A DNA stretch of 64,000 nucleotides from an uncultured Desulfosarcina sp. (GCA_963674945.2 CAXXWQ010000004.1:320001-384000), one strand, 5' to 3'; numbered from the stretch's first letter, positions 49,699 to 60,705 are shown. Notes: generated from the sequence alone by a model not told the origin. A program made the numbers and translations.

Positions 49699-50829
49699 AT
49701 GAGTCTTCGCGCCCCCTTGCGGGTCATGGTTGTAGATGACACCGTCTTGTACCGAAAAATTGTAAGCGATGCACTCGCCAAAATTCCCGGAGTGGAGGTC
49801 GTGGGAATCGCCCATAATGGCAAAGCGGCCATCAGCAGAATCGAATCCCTCAAGCCTGACCTGCTTACCCTTGACATCGAAATGCCGGAAATGAACGGTA
49901 TCGAAGTGCTGGAATATCTGCGACAGAACAAAAAGAACGTCGGTGTCATCATGCTCAGTACCCTCACCCACGAGGGTGGGGCCATGACGATGCGGGCGCT
50001 GGAACTGGGAGCCTTTGATTTTATTCCCAAGCCACAGTCCGGCACCATGACGGAGAACTGCGCGAAAATAGAGACGGCCATCGAACCGATGATTCGTGCA
50101 TTCCAGGAAAGTACCGGACATTCCGCTTTGGTGAAAACCCCGCCACGGTGGACCGGAAGAGTCACGGCCCCTCGTAAGAGCACAACCACACCTTTCGTTC
50201 GCCCCTCCGTTGGCAGTATCGCCGACCGATCCAAAGCGGAAATCGTTGCCATCGGTGTCTCCACCGGAGGTCCCAACGCACTGGCCCGGATGCTTCCGAT
50301 GATTCCCAAGGATATCGGCGTTCCCATTCTCATCGTTCAACACATGCCGCCCCTGTTCACCCAATCCTTGGCCAATAGCCTGGCAGCCAAATGTGGTGTC
50401 GACGTTCGAGAGGCCAAAAATGGGGAACCCTTATCGCCCAATACGGTATTGATCGCCCCTGGCGGGAAACAGATGAAAATTGTCGCTGGTGCGGATGGTA
50501 CAAACCGCCTGATCAAAATTACGGACGATCCACCGGAAAATAGCTGCAAGCCTAGCGTGGACTATCTTTTTCGGTCCGTTGCACACCACTATGTGGGGCG
50601 TGCCACCGGTGTCATCATGACCGGCATGGGATCGGATGGCAACCGGGGACTGGAATTGATGAAACAAAACGGTGCCACCGTCATCGCCCAAGACGAGGCG
50701 ACCTGTGTGGTGTACGGCATGCCCAAGGGGCCCGCAGAATCGGGATTGGCGGATGCGGTACTGCCGCTGGACAAAATTGCCGACATGATCGTAAGAACCG
50801 TCCGTTCGCGCAGATCATCCTCGAGATGA
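49699..50829 (+). CDS. cheB: Protein-glutamate methylesterase
   Basis: REC plus GVSTGGP, VQHMP, TGMGSDG. Confidence 0.97.
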   Translation: MSLRAPLRVMVVDDTVLYRKIVSDALAKIPGVEVVGIAHNGKAAISRIESLKPDLLTLDIEMPEMNGIEVLEYLRQNKKNVGVIMLSTLTHEGGAMTMRALELGAFDFIPKPQSGTMTENCAKIETAIEPMIRAFQESTGHSALVKTPPRWTGRVTAPRKSTTTPFVRPSVGSIADRSKAEIVAIGVSTGGPNALARMLPMIPKDIGVPILIVQHMPPLFTQSLANSLAAKCGVDVREAKNGEPLSPNTVLIAPGGKQMKIVAGADGTNRLIKITDDPPENSCKPSVDYLFRSVAHHYVGRATGVIMTGMGSDGNRGLELMKQNGATVIAQDEATCVVYGMPKGPAESGLADAVLPLDKIADMIVRTVRSRRSSSR

Positions 50830-50868
50830 TCCAAGGGTCAAACGCAAAATGCCGCATCAGAGACAAAA

Positions 50869-51708
50869 ATGCTGAAAATCAAACCGGAAGAAATAAAGGT
50901 CCTCTCTACCTATATCTACAATATATCCGGTATTCACATCGATATGTCCAAGGCATATCTGCTGGAGACCCGATTTGGACGATTAATCGAGGAAGAGGGT
51001 TGTCAATCCTTTGCCGACCTGTACCACAAGGCGAAAGCGGATCCGAAAAAGGTGCTGGAAAAGAAACTCATCAACGCCATCACCACGAACGAGACGCTTT
51101 TCTTCCGTGATACCAGCCCATTTGATTTACTGCGACACAAAATCATGCCGGATCTCATCGACATCCGACAAGGAAATGGATCCGGTCTTCCCGGAGCAAA
51201 GCTCCGGATCTGGAGCAGTGCCTGCTCCACCGGTCAGGAGATATACAGTATCGCTATCGTCTTACGGGAGTTATTGGGCCCGGCCGTCATAGAAAAAATC
51301 ACGCTAATGGGTACCGATCTCTCCGATGCCGCCATTACCCAGGCCAGCTATGGCACATACAATAAATTTGAAATCGAACGAGGCCTTCCCCTGGAAAAGC
51401 TTCAACGGTATTTCACGCCCAATGGTGGGAATTGGAAAATAAAAGACGAGATTCGGGCCATGGCGACCTTCCGGCGGATGAACCTCATGGAGCCGTTCAC
51501 GGGGATGGGAAAGTTCGATATCATCTTTTGCAGAAACGTTGCGATCTATTTCACCCTTGAAGATCGCAAGAAACTTTTCGAAAAGATCGCAAACACATTG
51601 CATCCCGACGGGTATCTGCTCATCGGCTCCACCGAGTCGCTGACCGGCGTGTGCCCGCGGTTTATCCCCAAACGTCACTTGCGGTCGGTCTATTACCAGC
51701 TCAAGTAG
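50869..51708 (+). CDS. cheR: Protein-glutamate O-methyltransferase
   Basis: TTNETLFFRD, WSSACSTGQE, FCRNV. Confidence 0.97.
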   Translation: MLKIKPEEIKVLSTYIYNISGIHIDMSKAYLLETRFGRLIEEEGCQSFADLYHKAKADPKKVLEKKLINAITTNETLFFRDTSPFDLLRHKIMPDLIDIRQGNGSGLPGAKLRIWSSACSTGQEIYSIAIVLRELLGPAVIEKITLMGTDLSDAAITQASYGTYNKFEIERGLPLEKLQRYFTPNGGNWKIKDEIRAMATFRRMNLMEPFTGMGKFDIIFCRNVAIYFTLEDRKKLFEKIANTLHPDGYLLIGSTESLTGVCPRFIPKRHLRSVYYQLK

Positions 51709-51735
51709 CGGTGGCGTAAAATAGATACACCCACG

Positions 51736-52314
51736 ATGGAGACGAAAACAATGACGAGCCTTTCAATTCTTGTAGTCGATGATGATCCGGTCACACGGAC
51801 GCTTCTGACAAAGCGGTTGCACAAGGAAGGATATTTCGTGGAAGCCGTAGAAAATGGTCTTGTCGCAAAAGATAAGCTCGCCGAAAACTATTTCGATGTG
51901 GTGCTCACGGACTTGATCATGCCAGGGGGGATCGATGGCATTGGTGTCCTCGAGGAGGCCAAGCGGATTCATTTCAAAACGGAAGTCGTCCTGATAACGG
52001 CCCACGCGACGGTGGATAACGCCATCGAGGCAATGAAAAAAGGTGCTGCGGACTACTTGCAAAAACCCATCAATTTCGATGAACTCTTTTTGCGGCTGGA
52101 TAAAATCCGGAACGTGAAACTTCTCATAAAAAATGCAAGCGACCTTCGTGAAGCCATGGATGTGACGGAAACCACCTCTGCGGAAACGATTCAAAATCTG
52201 GAATTAACGGTCGGCGATTTAATGGAACGACTATCTTCGGTCAAGGCGATCCTCGAAAATCAGGAAGAAGACGCGCAAAACCGTGTCCGCCAAGCACTGG
52301 CATATATGCAATAA
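51736..52314 (+). CDS. Response regulator (REC plus short helical tail)
   Basis: VVDDD, TDLIMP, ITAH, QKP. Confidence 0.9.
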   Translation: METKTMTSLSILVVDDDPVTRTLLTKRLHKEGYFVEAVENGLVAKDKLAENYFDVVLTDLIMPGGIDGIGVLEEAKRIHFKTEVVLITAHATVDNAIEAMKKGAADYLQKPINFDELFLRLDKIRNVKLLIKNASDLREAMDVTETTSAETIQNLELTVGDLMERLSSVKAILENQEEDAQNRVRQALAYMQ

Positions 52315-52329
52315 GCCCAACACGAATTC

Positions 52330-53424
52330 ATGACGACTCTTTCACAATGGATCGAACCGTACATCTTGTCATTGGGCGCCGAAAGTTCGATTTGGACCTC
52401 GCTTGTAAATGCCCTTGCGGTTTTGCTAGCAGGACTTGTTTCATGGTTGCTCGTAAAGCGTGTCCTCGCGACCCTCGAAAAGAGAGAAGGCATTTTCCGG
52501 CTGATACCGATGCGCGGCGACTTGTTTGCCACCACACGGAAAATTGGCGGTCTCGTGATCATCTGGATGGTAGGGGTAATCTGGATCCGGCTGTTTCATA
52601 TCCCCCTGATTGAAAACATATTTCACGCGCTGTTGATCCTTCTCGTCGCTTCACCGGCCAAGTCCTTTCTTCTTATCGTTTTAGAATCCCTGGAATCCAA
52701 CCTGGCGGAACGGACGGAAACCAACATAGACAACATCGTCATCGATCTGCTCAACAAGTTCTCCGGTGCCATTGTATATGCGGTGGCCGTTGTGATCGCC
52801 CTCGACATCATGGGCGTTAACGTAATGCCCTTTATCGCCGGTGCCGGTGTTTTGGGCGTCGCCGTGGGTTTTGCGGCCAAGGACACCCTCTCCAACCTCA
52901 TCGCCGGAATTCTGTTGATCATCGACAGACCATTTGAGATTGGCGACCGAATCGAGGTATGGAGCACTCCGGCCGGAAGTTCCTCCTGGGGTGATGTCAT
53001 CGACATCGGACTTCGGGCCACCCGAATCAAAACCACGGACAACATCGTTGTTATCATCCCCAACAACGAGATCATGACCCGGGACATCGTCAATTACACG
53101 ATCCTCTCGACCGCCATTCGGGTACGCGTCAACATCGGCATTGCCTACGATACCGATATGGCCAAGGCCAAATCGACCATTATCGACGTGGCCAAAGGCG
53201 TGGAATGGATCCTTGCCGAGCCTCCCCCGAAGGTGGTGGTTCGGAATTTCGGCGAGTCCTCGGTGGATCTTCAACTGCGGGTTTGGATAAACGATGCCCG
53301 CAAACGAATGGATACCATCTCCGTCATTACCGATGTGGTGAAAACCAGTTTCGACGAAAAGGGCATCATGATTCCCTATCCAAGAAGGGATATTGCCATC
53401 GTGGGCCAAACCGCCGCAAAATAG
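52330..53424 (+). CDS. MscS-family mechanosensitive channel
   Basis: GFAAKDTLSNLIAG, RPFEIGD, IPN, IPYPRR. Confidence 0.93.
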   Translation: MTTLSQWIEPYILSLGAESSIWTSLVNALAVLLAGLVSWLLVKRVLATLEKREGIFRLIPMRGDLFATTRKIGGLVIIWMVGVIWIRLFHIPLIENIFHALLILLVASPAKSFLLIVLESLESNLAERTETNIDNIVIDLLNKFSGAIVYAVAVVIALDIMGVNVMPFIAGAGVLGVAVGFAAKDTLSNLIAGILLIIDRPFEIGDRIEVWSTPAGSSSWGDVIDIGLRATRIKTTDNIVVIIPNNEIMTRDIVNYTILSTAIRVRVNIGIAYDTDMAKAKSTIIDVAKGVEWILAEPPPKVVVRNFGESSVDLQLRVWINDARKRMDTISVITDVVKTSFDEKGIMIPYPRRDIAIVGQTAAK

Positions 53425-53532
53425 AATGATTCTCCACAAAAAAAAGACACCTGCCCTTGATTAATGTGAAATATCAAAGTATCTTTTCCAGTTTGAAAAT
53501 ATGATTAGACAACATTCTGGCAGGATTGGATT

Positions 53533-54222
53533 ATGAAACTCTCCATGGAAACGGTTGCCGATGCACTGGAGCTTCCCGCCTCCACGATAAAACGATGGAT
53601 TCGTCAGGGTAGAATCCCCATCCAACGAAGCGGTTCCGAAGTGGTGTTTTCACATTCGGCATTGAAAAAGTGGGCCATTACACACAATATTTCCTTTTCA
53701 CTGGAAAAGGAACAAGACCATCGTAAAAAACATGAATTTGCCGAGACGCTGGTCTCGGCGATGAAACGGGGAAACGTATATCATCACGTTTCCGGAAACG
53801 ACAGCAGCGAGGCATTACGGTCGGCGGTGGATTGCATTGGTTACCTGTCGCCGGACATCATCGACGAATTATATGAAAAGCTGATGGCCCGTGAGCGTTT
53901 GGCATCTACGGGAATTGGAAACGGCATTGCGATCCCCCACCCCCGGGATCCCATTTCCCATCCACCCGAATCGCCTGTTATCACCACCTGTTTTTTGGAA
54001 CGGCCAGTGGTTTTCAACGCCATTGACGACCGACCGGTGTTCGTTTTTTTCCTGCTGATCAGCCCGGCGGTCGATCTTCATCTACATTTGCTTTCCCGAT
54101 TGTCCTACTGCATTCGAAACAAGGCATTTGTTCAATTTCTGACCACACACCCCGAAGCCGAGGAACTCTATTCGCAGGTTTTTGATTGTGAAACTCTTTT
54201 GGATGCCGGAAATCGCTCATAA
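53533..54222 (+). CDS. Excisionase-type HTH fused to PTS EIIA (Ntr/Fru type)
   Basis: VADALELPASTIKRWIRQGRIP; RERLASTGIGNGIAIPHPR. Confidence 0.9.
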   Translation: MKLSMETVADALELPASTIKRWIRQGRIPIQRSGSEVVFSHSALKKWAITHNISFSLEKEQDHRKKHEFAETLVSAMKRGNVYHHVSGNDSSEALRSAVDCIGYLSPDIIDELYEKLMARERLASTGIGNGIAIPHPRDPISHPPESPVITTCFLERPVVFNAIDDRPVFVFFLLISPAVDLHLHLLSRLSYCIRNKAFVQFLTTHPEAEELYSQVFDCETLLDAGNRS

Positions 54223-54348
54223 TCTTGGCTGTCCGCTGTGTGCCGATGGCATAGGACCGTGGGTAAAACCCATCGGTCATTTACCGGTTGGCAGTTCGGT
54301 AAGGCCCGTTTACAAAACTGTCTACCCCAAAAATCCCAATCGGTTGTG

Positions 54349-56079
54349 ATGAAACGGCTACTCACGCAGTTAAAATATCCGGGCAACTGGTCCCTGTTTC
54401 GGTCCGACGACCGACTTCTCCTCATGATCTTCGCCATCATCGTGGGGATATGCAGCGGTCTGGCGGCGCTTTTTTTGAATCGCGGGCTGGAATCCATGTT
54501 GGAATGGCTTCATCACTATCGCGCATACTGGTGGGCGATCTTCTTGCCCGCCATCGGAGCGGCCCTCTCCTCTCTGTTCTTGGAAAAAATCATGAATGAA
54601 GGGGCCGGCCACGGTGTTCCCGAAGTCATATACGCGGTCTCGCGATATGGTGGTCTCTTGCGCCTTCGATCCAGTTTCTCACGCCTCATCTCCAGTTGTT
54701 TGACCATCGGCAGCGGGGGATCCGCCGGACCCGAAGCTCCCGTGGTGATGAGTGGTGCCGCCATCGGATCCAACATCGCCCAGGCATTCTCTCTCAACGA
54801 TCGGCAGCGGGTCGCATTGGTGGGTTGTGGTGCCGCGGGGGCAATCGCCGCCATTTTCAACGCACCCATTTCCGGCATGGTGTTCGCCATCGAGGTCATT
54901 CTCGGCGAATGGAGCACCATGAACATCATTCCCATCGCCATCGCAGCCGTAGCAGGAACAGAAGTAAGCAGACTGCTCAAGGGGAATCAAATCGTCTTCG
55001 CACACAGGGATTTCAACATCCATTTCCACGATATCCTGGCCTGTGTGGGGTTGGCCATTTTCTGTGCGGTGGCTTCTCTTCTGCTGACCCGTGTACTTCG
55101 TTCCATGCATCACGCGGTCAAGAGAGTCTCTGTTCCCCTTTGGCTCCGCGCAGCCATGGGAGGCACCATGGTCGGCATTATCGGATTTTTTCTTCCCCAT
55201 GTCCTCGGTGAGGGATACCATGCCATACGAACCGCCATAGAAGGTGGATTTTCCCAAGGGTTGATGCTGGTGACCATCATCACCTTGATGAAGATCCTGG
55301 CAACGTCCCTCACTTTGGGCTGGGGAGGGTCCGGAGGAATTTTCGCCCCCAGTCTGGTCATCGGCGCCTTCGTGGGGTTGAGTTTTCATCGACTCATCGC
55401 CCTGGTCTGGTCTTCCATCCAGTGGGTCAACGAGGGATGTTTCGCCCTTCTGGGAATGGCCGGTCTGATCGGTGGAATCATGCAGGCCCCACTCACCGGA
55501 ATCTTCCTTGTCGTGGAAATCACAGGTGGATACGAAGTAATCCTGCCACTGATCGTGGTTTCATCCATCTCCACGACGCTTTGCCACTACTTCGAAGGTG
55601 CGTCCTTGTATTTGAAGGACCTGGTGGAACAGGGCCAATTGCTCAGACCCGGCACCGATGCCCGTGTGTTGACGGACCTGCATGTGCAGGAAATACTGGA
55701 AACCGACTATGTTCGCATTCATCCCGACATGCGTCTTTCAGAGTTCATCGAAATCGTCAAGACCTCTCACCGCAGTGACTTCCCCGTCGAGGATCGGTCC
55801 ACCGGCCACTTCGTCGGCATGATCCGGCTCAATGAAGTCCGTCCCTATCTCTTCGATTCGGCCCTGCACCATGCCGTACTCACCGGTCAACTGATGGATA
55901 CGAATGTCAGCATTGCTTCTGTGTACGACGATTTGTCCGAAATTCTACGAAAGATGGATGTCGACGGAGTACCCAGCATGCCGGTTGTCTCGGACAACCG
56001 ATTCATGGGAATGATCTCCAAAGCCACGGTTCTGGACCAATACAGGAAAGAATTGATGGTACAAACCGGCAGGTTCTGA
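54349..56079 (+). CDS. ClC-family anion transporter with CBS pair
   Basis: GHGVPE, GPEAP, FNAP, GGIFAP, C-terminal CBS domains. Confidence 0.92.
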   Translation: MKRLLTQLKYPGNWSLFRSDDRLLLMIFAIIVGICSGLAALFLNRGLESMLEWLHHYRAYWWAIFLPAIGAALSSLFLEKIMNEGAGHGVPEVIYAVSRYGGLLRLRSSFSRLISSCLTIGSGGSAGPEAPVVMSGAAIGSNIAQAFSLNDRQRVALVGCGAAGAIAAIFNAPISGMVFAIEVILGEWSTMNIIPIAIAAVAGTEVSRLLKGNQIVFAHRDFNIHFHDILACVGLAIFCAVASLLLTRVLRSMHHAVKRVSVPLWLRAAMGGTMVGIIGFFLPHVLGEGYHAIRTAIEGGFSQGLMLVTIITLMKILATSLTLGWGGSGGIFAPSLVIGAFVGLSFHRLIALVWSSIQWVNEGCFALLGMAGLIGGIMQAPLTGIFLVVEITGGYEVILPLIVVSSISTTLCHYFEGASLYLKDLVEQGQLLRPGTDARVLTDLHVQEILETDYVRIHPDMRLSEFIEIVKTSHRSDFPVEDRSTGHFVGMIRLNEVRPYLFDSALHHAVLTGQLMDTNVSIASVYDDLSEILRKMDVDGVPSMPVVSDNRFMGMISKATVLDQYRKELMVQTGRF

Positions 56080-56131
56080 ACCGGGCTCCATATATTCATG
56101 AATCAGGAATGACCCAAAAGGAGAAAAGGCA

Positions 56132-56956
56132 ATGGCACAAAAATTGTTCCACATCTTCAGAAACACGCCGTTGGGAAGGGAAACGCTTCTCCAATCCATT
56201 CATTTTTGCAAACAACTGGGCATTTCCCCCGTCGTATACATCCCGGAATCGACCAAATTTTTAATGTATTTTGAAAACGATGTCGTACAGGTGGACCTGG
56301 ATGCATCCTATCTCAACGACCCGGAGACGGCCGTTTCCCATGCCAAGGAGCTTTTGGTGGAAACGGGGATGAAGCCCGACTTTTTCTCCCCCAAGAACTA
56401 TACGGCATCCACATTGCCCGACATCCCCACCAATTTCGAATTCATGTGCTGCCCGCGCAGCATCAGCGACCTGTCTTCCAAAATCGGCCTGGGGTACATC
56501 GGCCCGCGGGTTCGCCGTATCATCCAATCCGCCCGATTCCCCGTGTTCATGACCAGTCCGGTATTCAAGCCGTGGAGACGCGTGGCCGTTTTCTTCGGCG
56601 GTTCGACCAACGCCGTTAAAGCCATGCGCCTGGGAATCCGGGTTGCAAAAATAACGGGTGTACCACTGGATGTCTTTACCCAATGCAATAATGGGGACAA
56701 GACAAAGTATCACGAAATCGTCCGGGAAAACCAACTGGATGCCCAACTTTCCGAGGTAATGGATCAGTGGATCTTTTTCGAAAAGGGTCGGTTCGAGGAC
56801 AATCTGTATCAGGTCCCCCACGATAGTCTGGTCGTTCTCGGCGCATATGGTCACGGGATCATCCGGGACATCGTCTTCGGCAGCATAATGGAGAAAATCC
56901 AATCCACCATATCCAATAACATGCTCATCGCCGGCCCTAAATACACGGTGGTATAG
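56132..56956 (+). CDS. Universal stress protein family (tandem)
   Basis: VLGAYGHGIIRDIVFGS motif. Confidence 0.8.
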   Translation: MAQKLFHIFRNTPLGRETLLQSIHFCKQLGISPVVYIPESTKFLMYFENDVVQVDLDASYLNDPETAVSHAKELLVETGMKPDFFSPKNYTASTLPDIPTNFEFMCCPRSISDLSSKIGLGYIGPRVRRIIQSARFPVFMTSPVFKPWRRVAVFFGGSTNAVKAMRLGIRVAKITGVPLDVFTQCNNGDKTKYHEIVRENQLDAQLSEVMDQWIFFEKGRFEDNLYQVPHDSLVVLGAYGHGIIRDIVFGSIMEKIQSTISNNMLIAGPKYTVV

Positions 56957-56965
56957 GAGAACCCC

Positions 56966-57241
56966 ATGATTCGAGATGAAACAGACCCGTCGATGCGCCA
57001 GAAGATTTTTTCGATGAATTTAAACGTCGAAACCGTTTCGCTCTATCTTCTGTGCTGTGCAGTGGCCGACACGGGACAAGAGATCACCCTGTCGGTGATA
57101 CAGGAGAAGTGGAATGGAGATCAGGCAACTCTTGAACGGGCACTCGAACGTTTAGGGAAAGAGAATATCCTCCGCCTTGTCCCGTCGAAAGCAGGGAATG
57201 ATCCCGTTTACCGATTGGTTGATGAAGAGAATTGGCGATAA
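56966..57241 (+). CDS. Hypothetical protein, possible winged helix
   Basis: AGGAG RBS, 91 aa, helical pattern. Confidence 0.65.
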   Translation: MIRDETDPSMRQKIFSMNLNVETVSLYLLCCAVADTGQEITLSVIQEKWNGDQATLERALERLGKENILRLVPSKAGNDPVYRLVDEENWR

Positions 57242-57259
57242 GATGGGTGACTGCACCGT

Positions 57260-57682
57260 TCACTCCGTCTGGCCGTATCCACTGGAGCAAATGGTGCGTC
57301 GCACACAGGCGATGATTTGTTCATCGGGCAGATCCGTGTTCATCCCGGGGCAGGAGGCCGCCATTGCGTGCCAGTTGCCAACATCAACCAGAACACTGGG
57401 GATGAACGGCCATCTTCGACACATGGTCGGCTTTACCGGATGGATGGTGCACACCTTGTCCCAGAAGACGCAATAGCCGTTGTCACCCTGTGCAATCAGG
57501 GGTCTGCCGCCGGAAGTGTTCGTATATCGGTCGATGAACTGCGCGGGCGTCACGCCGATGAACCGGGATATGGCAGCGATGTCATCGTCGGAGAGATAGG
57601 TCCCGCCGTACCCCTTGCAGCAATCACCACACAGGGTACAGACAAACAGGTCGTCGCACACTCTATCTTCATTTGACGCCAT
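57260..57682 (-). CDS. YkgJ-family Cys-cluster protein
   Basis: CTLCGDCC, CVF, CTIHPVKPTMCRRWPF, CPG. Confidence 0.88.
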   Translation of the reverse strand: MASNEDRVCDDLFVCTLCGDCCKGYGGTYLSDDDIAAISRFIGVTPAQFIDRYTNTSGGRPLIAQGDNGYCVFWDKVCTIHPVKPTMCRRWPFIPSVLVDVGNWHAMAASCPGMNTDLPDEQIIACVRRTICSSGYGQTE

Positions 57683-58274
57683 AGCGGCTCTCCATGGCCC
57701 GTTTCAAGGTAACCTGGTCCACATATTTCAGATCACCGCCCATGGGTATCCCCGATGCAATGCGGGTAACCTTCACCGGATAGGCGGCCAGTATCTGTGC
57801 GATATAAGAGGCCGTGGATTCTCCTTCCACATTCGTTCCCGTGGCCAAGACGATCTCCTCCACCCCCTCTTTTTCAACGCGCTGCACAAGCGCTGCAATT
57901 TTAATATCATCGGGACCGATACCGTCCATGGGAGACAATACGCCTCCCAAAACATGGTAACGACCGGTAAAGGCGCCTGATTTTTCGATGGATGCCAGGT
58001 CCGCCGGCTGTTCCACCACGCAGATTACGCCATTTTTTCTGGAAGGATCCTTGCAAATTCGGCACAGATGATCGTCACTTAATGCAAAGCAGCAGGAACA
58101 AAGCCGCAATTTCTCTTTTAGCGCAACGATACTTCGTGCCAGTTGCTGGGCCTCTTCGCTGGAATGCTGGAGAATATGCATGGTAAGCCGCTCCGCGGTC
58201 TTCGTTCCGATACCCGGCAGACGGGATAGATGCTTGATCAGATTGGTGACGGAGTCGGGATAGTGGTTCATCAC
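57669..58274 (-). CDS. recR: Recombination protein RecR
   Basis: [12 protein letters not shown]4 zinc finger, YHVLGG, Toprim. Confidence 0.97.
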   Translation of the reverse strand: MMNHYPDSVTNLIKHLSRLPGIGTKTAERLTMHILQHSSEEAQQLARSIVALKEKLRLCSCCFALSDDHLCRICKDPSRKNGVICVVEQPADLASIEKSGAFTGRYHVLGGVLSPMDGIGPDDIKIAALVQRVEKEGVEEIVLATGTNVEGESTASYIAQILAAYPVKVTRIASGIPMGGDLKYVDQVTLKRAMESRYGVK

Positions 58275-58582
58275 ATGAGACCGGGAATGTTCATCCCACC
58301 GGTGATCTTTCCCATTTCCGAAGAAACCATCTCCTGGGACTTGGTCAGTGCATCGTTGACGGCGGCGAGAACCAGGTCTTCCAGCATCTCCACATCGTCA
58401 GGATCGACGACTTCCTTTTCGATTTTGATGGAGACGATCTGCTGGGCCCCATTGGCCACTACGGTGATCATGCCGCCGCCGGCCGTGGTTTCTACCGTTC
58501 TCGAGGCCAGTTCTTCTTGCATGCGCAGCATCTTTGCCTGAAGTTTCTGGGCTTTTTTCATCATGTTCCCCATATTTTTCAT
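58271..58582 (-). CDS. ybaB: Nucleoid-associated protein YbaB/EbfC
   Basis: [21 protein letters not shown]. Confidence 0.96.
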   Translation of the reverse strand: MKNMGNMMKKAQKLQAKMLRMQEELASRTVETTAGGGMITVVANGAQQIVSIKIEKEVVDPDDVEMLEDLVLAAVNDALTKSQEMVSSEMGKITGGMNIPGLM

Positions 58583-58594
58583 GAACACGTCCTC

Positions 58595-60295
58595 CTATTT
58601 GATTTTTATTTCATCGATTTTGCCACTGAAAATGTCCACTGCATCCGCAACCAGTGGATGATTGAGAAGCCTTCGTTCCATTTTCTCCACCCTTTTCTTT
58701 GCCGATCCCGCATGATCCAGTCGGGTACCCGATCCATCAACGGACATTTCGAGTCGAAAGGCCTTTCCGGTGTGCTCCCGACAGACAGATTCAATCAAAG
58801 GCAGGTTTTTTTTCACTAGTTTTGTCGTGTAGTCATTGTCCACCGCCCCGACACGAATGGTCTCTTCGGTTTCCCCAATTTGCTGCATGCGGGAAAGCGC
58901 CGTCCCAACGGATGGTTTCGTCTTTGATACGGCGTCAATCACACGCTGCCAGGGGGCCATATCCCCTTCCCCATCCACTGATGCCCCGGTTACGGTGGAA
59001 TCGGCGGCTGAAGGAGATGCCAGTGGTGATGGCCCGGTTTCCGATGGATCGACGTCGGTTGGACCTTCGATCTTTATCTTAACATTCGACGTTTCCCGAT
59101 CGTCTCCATACGCGGACTGCATCTCGACGATTCCCGATGCGGCGTTCAGATTCGGATCTTTGAGAAGGTGATCCATTTTCTCGATCAGCAGATCGATGGG
59201 CAGGGCCGGTGTAATTTGATGAATCTTGAAGAATACCATCTCAATGGTCAGCCTTGGCTGAGACGCTTGCCGGACGGTCGTCTCTGCATCGAACAGCACA
59301 TTGTAGACCTGATCGATAAAGGAAAGGGGAAGATCCCGAACCTGCCCTTCCAGACGTTCCACCTCTTTCGGCGAAAAATCGGAAAGAAGTTCGGCACCGG
59401 CCTTCACCTTGATCAGCATCAGGTGACGAAAATGGAGCAAAACGTCACCGAAAAATCGTTTCAAATCCTTTCCGTTTTTAAAGACATCATCGATGATGGA
59501 CAAGATGCGGGGAATGTTTCTGGCAAATGTCGCCTCACTTATGTCGAACAGCACGTTTCGGTCCATGGCCCCCAAAAGGCCCGTTACATAATCATCCTCC
59601 ACCTGACCGCCGCTGCAGGCAAGGACCTGGTCCAGCAAGCTCAAGGCATCACGCAGGCTTCCCCCTGACTCGCGCGAAATGGCCCACAGGTTATCGGCAC
59701 TCAGACAGACGCCTTCCATCTTGCACAGGGAATCCAGGTGCGCAGAAATGGAAGAGAGATCGATCCGTTTCAGGTCATGGCGCTGACACCGGGAAAGGAT
59801 GGTGATGGGAATTTTATGTGCCTCGGTGGTGGCAAAGAGAAACATTACATGGGCCGGCGGTTCCTCCAATGTTTTCAAGAGTGCATTGAAGGCCGCGATA
59901 CTGAGCATGTGAACTTCGTCGATAATGTAAATCTTGAAGCGGCTGTGGGCCGGCATGTACCGGATGTTGTCCCGAAGTTCCCGCACCTGGTCCACACTGT
60001 TGTTGGATGCGCCATCGATCTCGAACACATCCACACCGCGTCCGGCGGTGATGTCCTGGCAGGAACGACATGTGTTACAGGGTATCGGAACGGGGCCGGA
60101 TTTGCAGTTCATTGCCTTTGCCAGGATTCGTGCGATGGTGGTTTTTCCGGTTCCCCGTGGTCCGGAAAATAGGATGGCGTGGGCCACCCGATCACTTTGT
60201 ATGGCATTGGCAAGAGTCCTGGTGACGTGGGATTGTCCAACCACTTCTTCGAACGTTTGCGGGCGGTATTTTCTTGCTAAGACCAAGTATGCCAT
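58595..60295 (-). CDS. dnaX: DNA polymerase III subunit gamma/tau
   Basis: LARKYRP, GPRGTGKT, IIDEVHML, SRCQ. Confidence 0.97.
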   Translation of the reverse strand: MAYLVLARKYRPQTFEEVVGQSHVTRTLANAIQSDRVAHAILFSGPRGTGKTTIARILAKAMNCKSGPVPIPCNTCRSCQDITAGRGVDVFEIDGASNNSVDQVRELRDNIRYMPAHSRFKIYIIDEVHMLSIAAFNALLKTLEEPPAHVMFLFATTEAHKIPITILSRCQRHDLKRIDLSSISAHLDSLCKMEGVCLSADNLWAISRESGGSLRDALSLLDQVLACSGGQVEDDYVTGLLGAMDRNVLFDISEATFARNIPRILSIIDDVFKNGKDLKRFFGDVLLHFRHLMLIKVKAGAELLSDFSPKEVERLEGQVRDLPLSFIDQVYNVLFDAETTVRQASQPRLTIEMVFFKIHQITPALPIDLLIEKMDHLLKDPNLNAASGIVEMQSAYGDDRETSNVKIKIEGPTDVDPSETGPSPLASPSAADSTVTGASVDGEGDMAPWQRVIDAVSKTKPSVGTALSRMQQIGETEETIRVGAVDNDYTTKLVKKNLPLIESVCREHTGKAFRLEMSVDGSGTRLDHAGSAKKRVEKMERRLLNHPLVADAVDIFSGKIDEIKIK

Positions 60296-60452
60296 TTCAA
60301 TCAATCCTTCGAAGACCGTGTTGCCGAGTTACTGTACCCCATACGCAGTCAAGCCGCAACCCATCATCTCCTAAGGTCCCGTCCGGATCAGGAAAATCAG
60401 TCTGAAGTAACGGATTGCGGGGAGAAAAAAGAGGAATGGAGTAAAAAAAGGA

Positions 60453-60546
60453 TGGCGGAGAGAGAGGGATTCGAACCCTCGGTGCCGCTATAAACGACAC
60501 ACACGATTTCCAGTCGTGCTCCTTCAGCCAACTCGGACATCTCTCC
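60453..60546 (-). tRNA. tRNA-Ser (GGA)
   Basis: Cloverleaf with long variable arm, anticodon loop CT-GGA-AA, GGTTCGAATCC, encoded CCA. Confidence 0.96.
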
Positions 60547-60612
60547 GCGTTTTGCAGGCAACGCTGATTTGTGAAGGGCCTGTTCGCTCCCGCGTTTCGG
60601 TACTCCGGAAAG

Positions 60613-60705
60613 TGGCGGAGAGGGTGGGATTCGAACCCACGATCCCGCTTTTGGCAGGATACCGCTTTTCGAGAGCGGGGCCTTCAGCCACTCGGCCACC
60701 TCTCC
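60613..60705 (-). tRNA. tRNA-Ser (CGA)
   Basis: Anticodon loop CT-CGA-AA, long variable arm, GGTTCGAATCC, encoded CCA. Confidence 0.96.

Noticed and set aside
58806..58813. A8 run in dnaX (minus strand) as a gamma-subunit frameshift or slippage site
   Set aside because: It lies late in the gene, is not the A-AAA-AAG motif and has no evident stimulatory hairpin.
60300..60450. SRP RNA (ffs), often found upstream of dnaX
   Set aside because: The conserved CAGG..GGAA..AGCAG helix-8 motif is not present on either strand.
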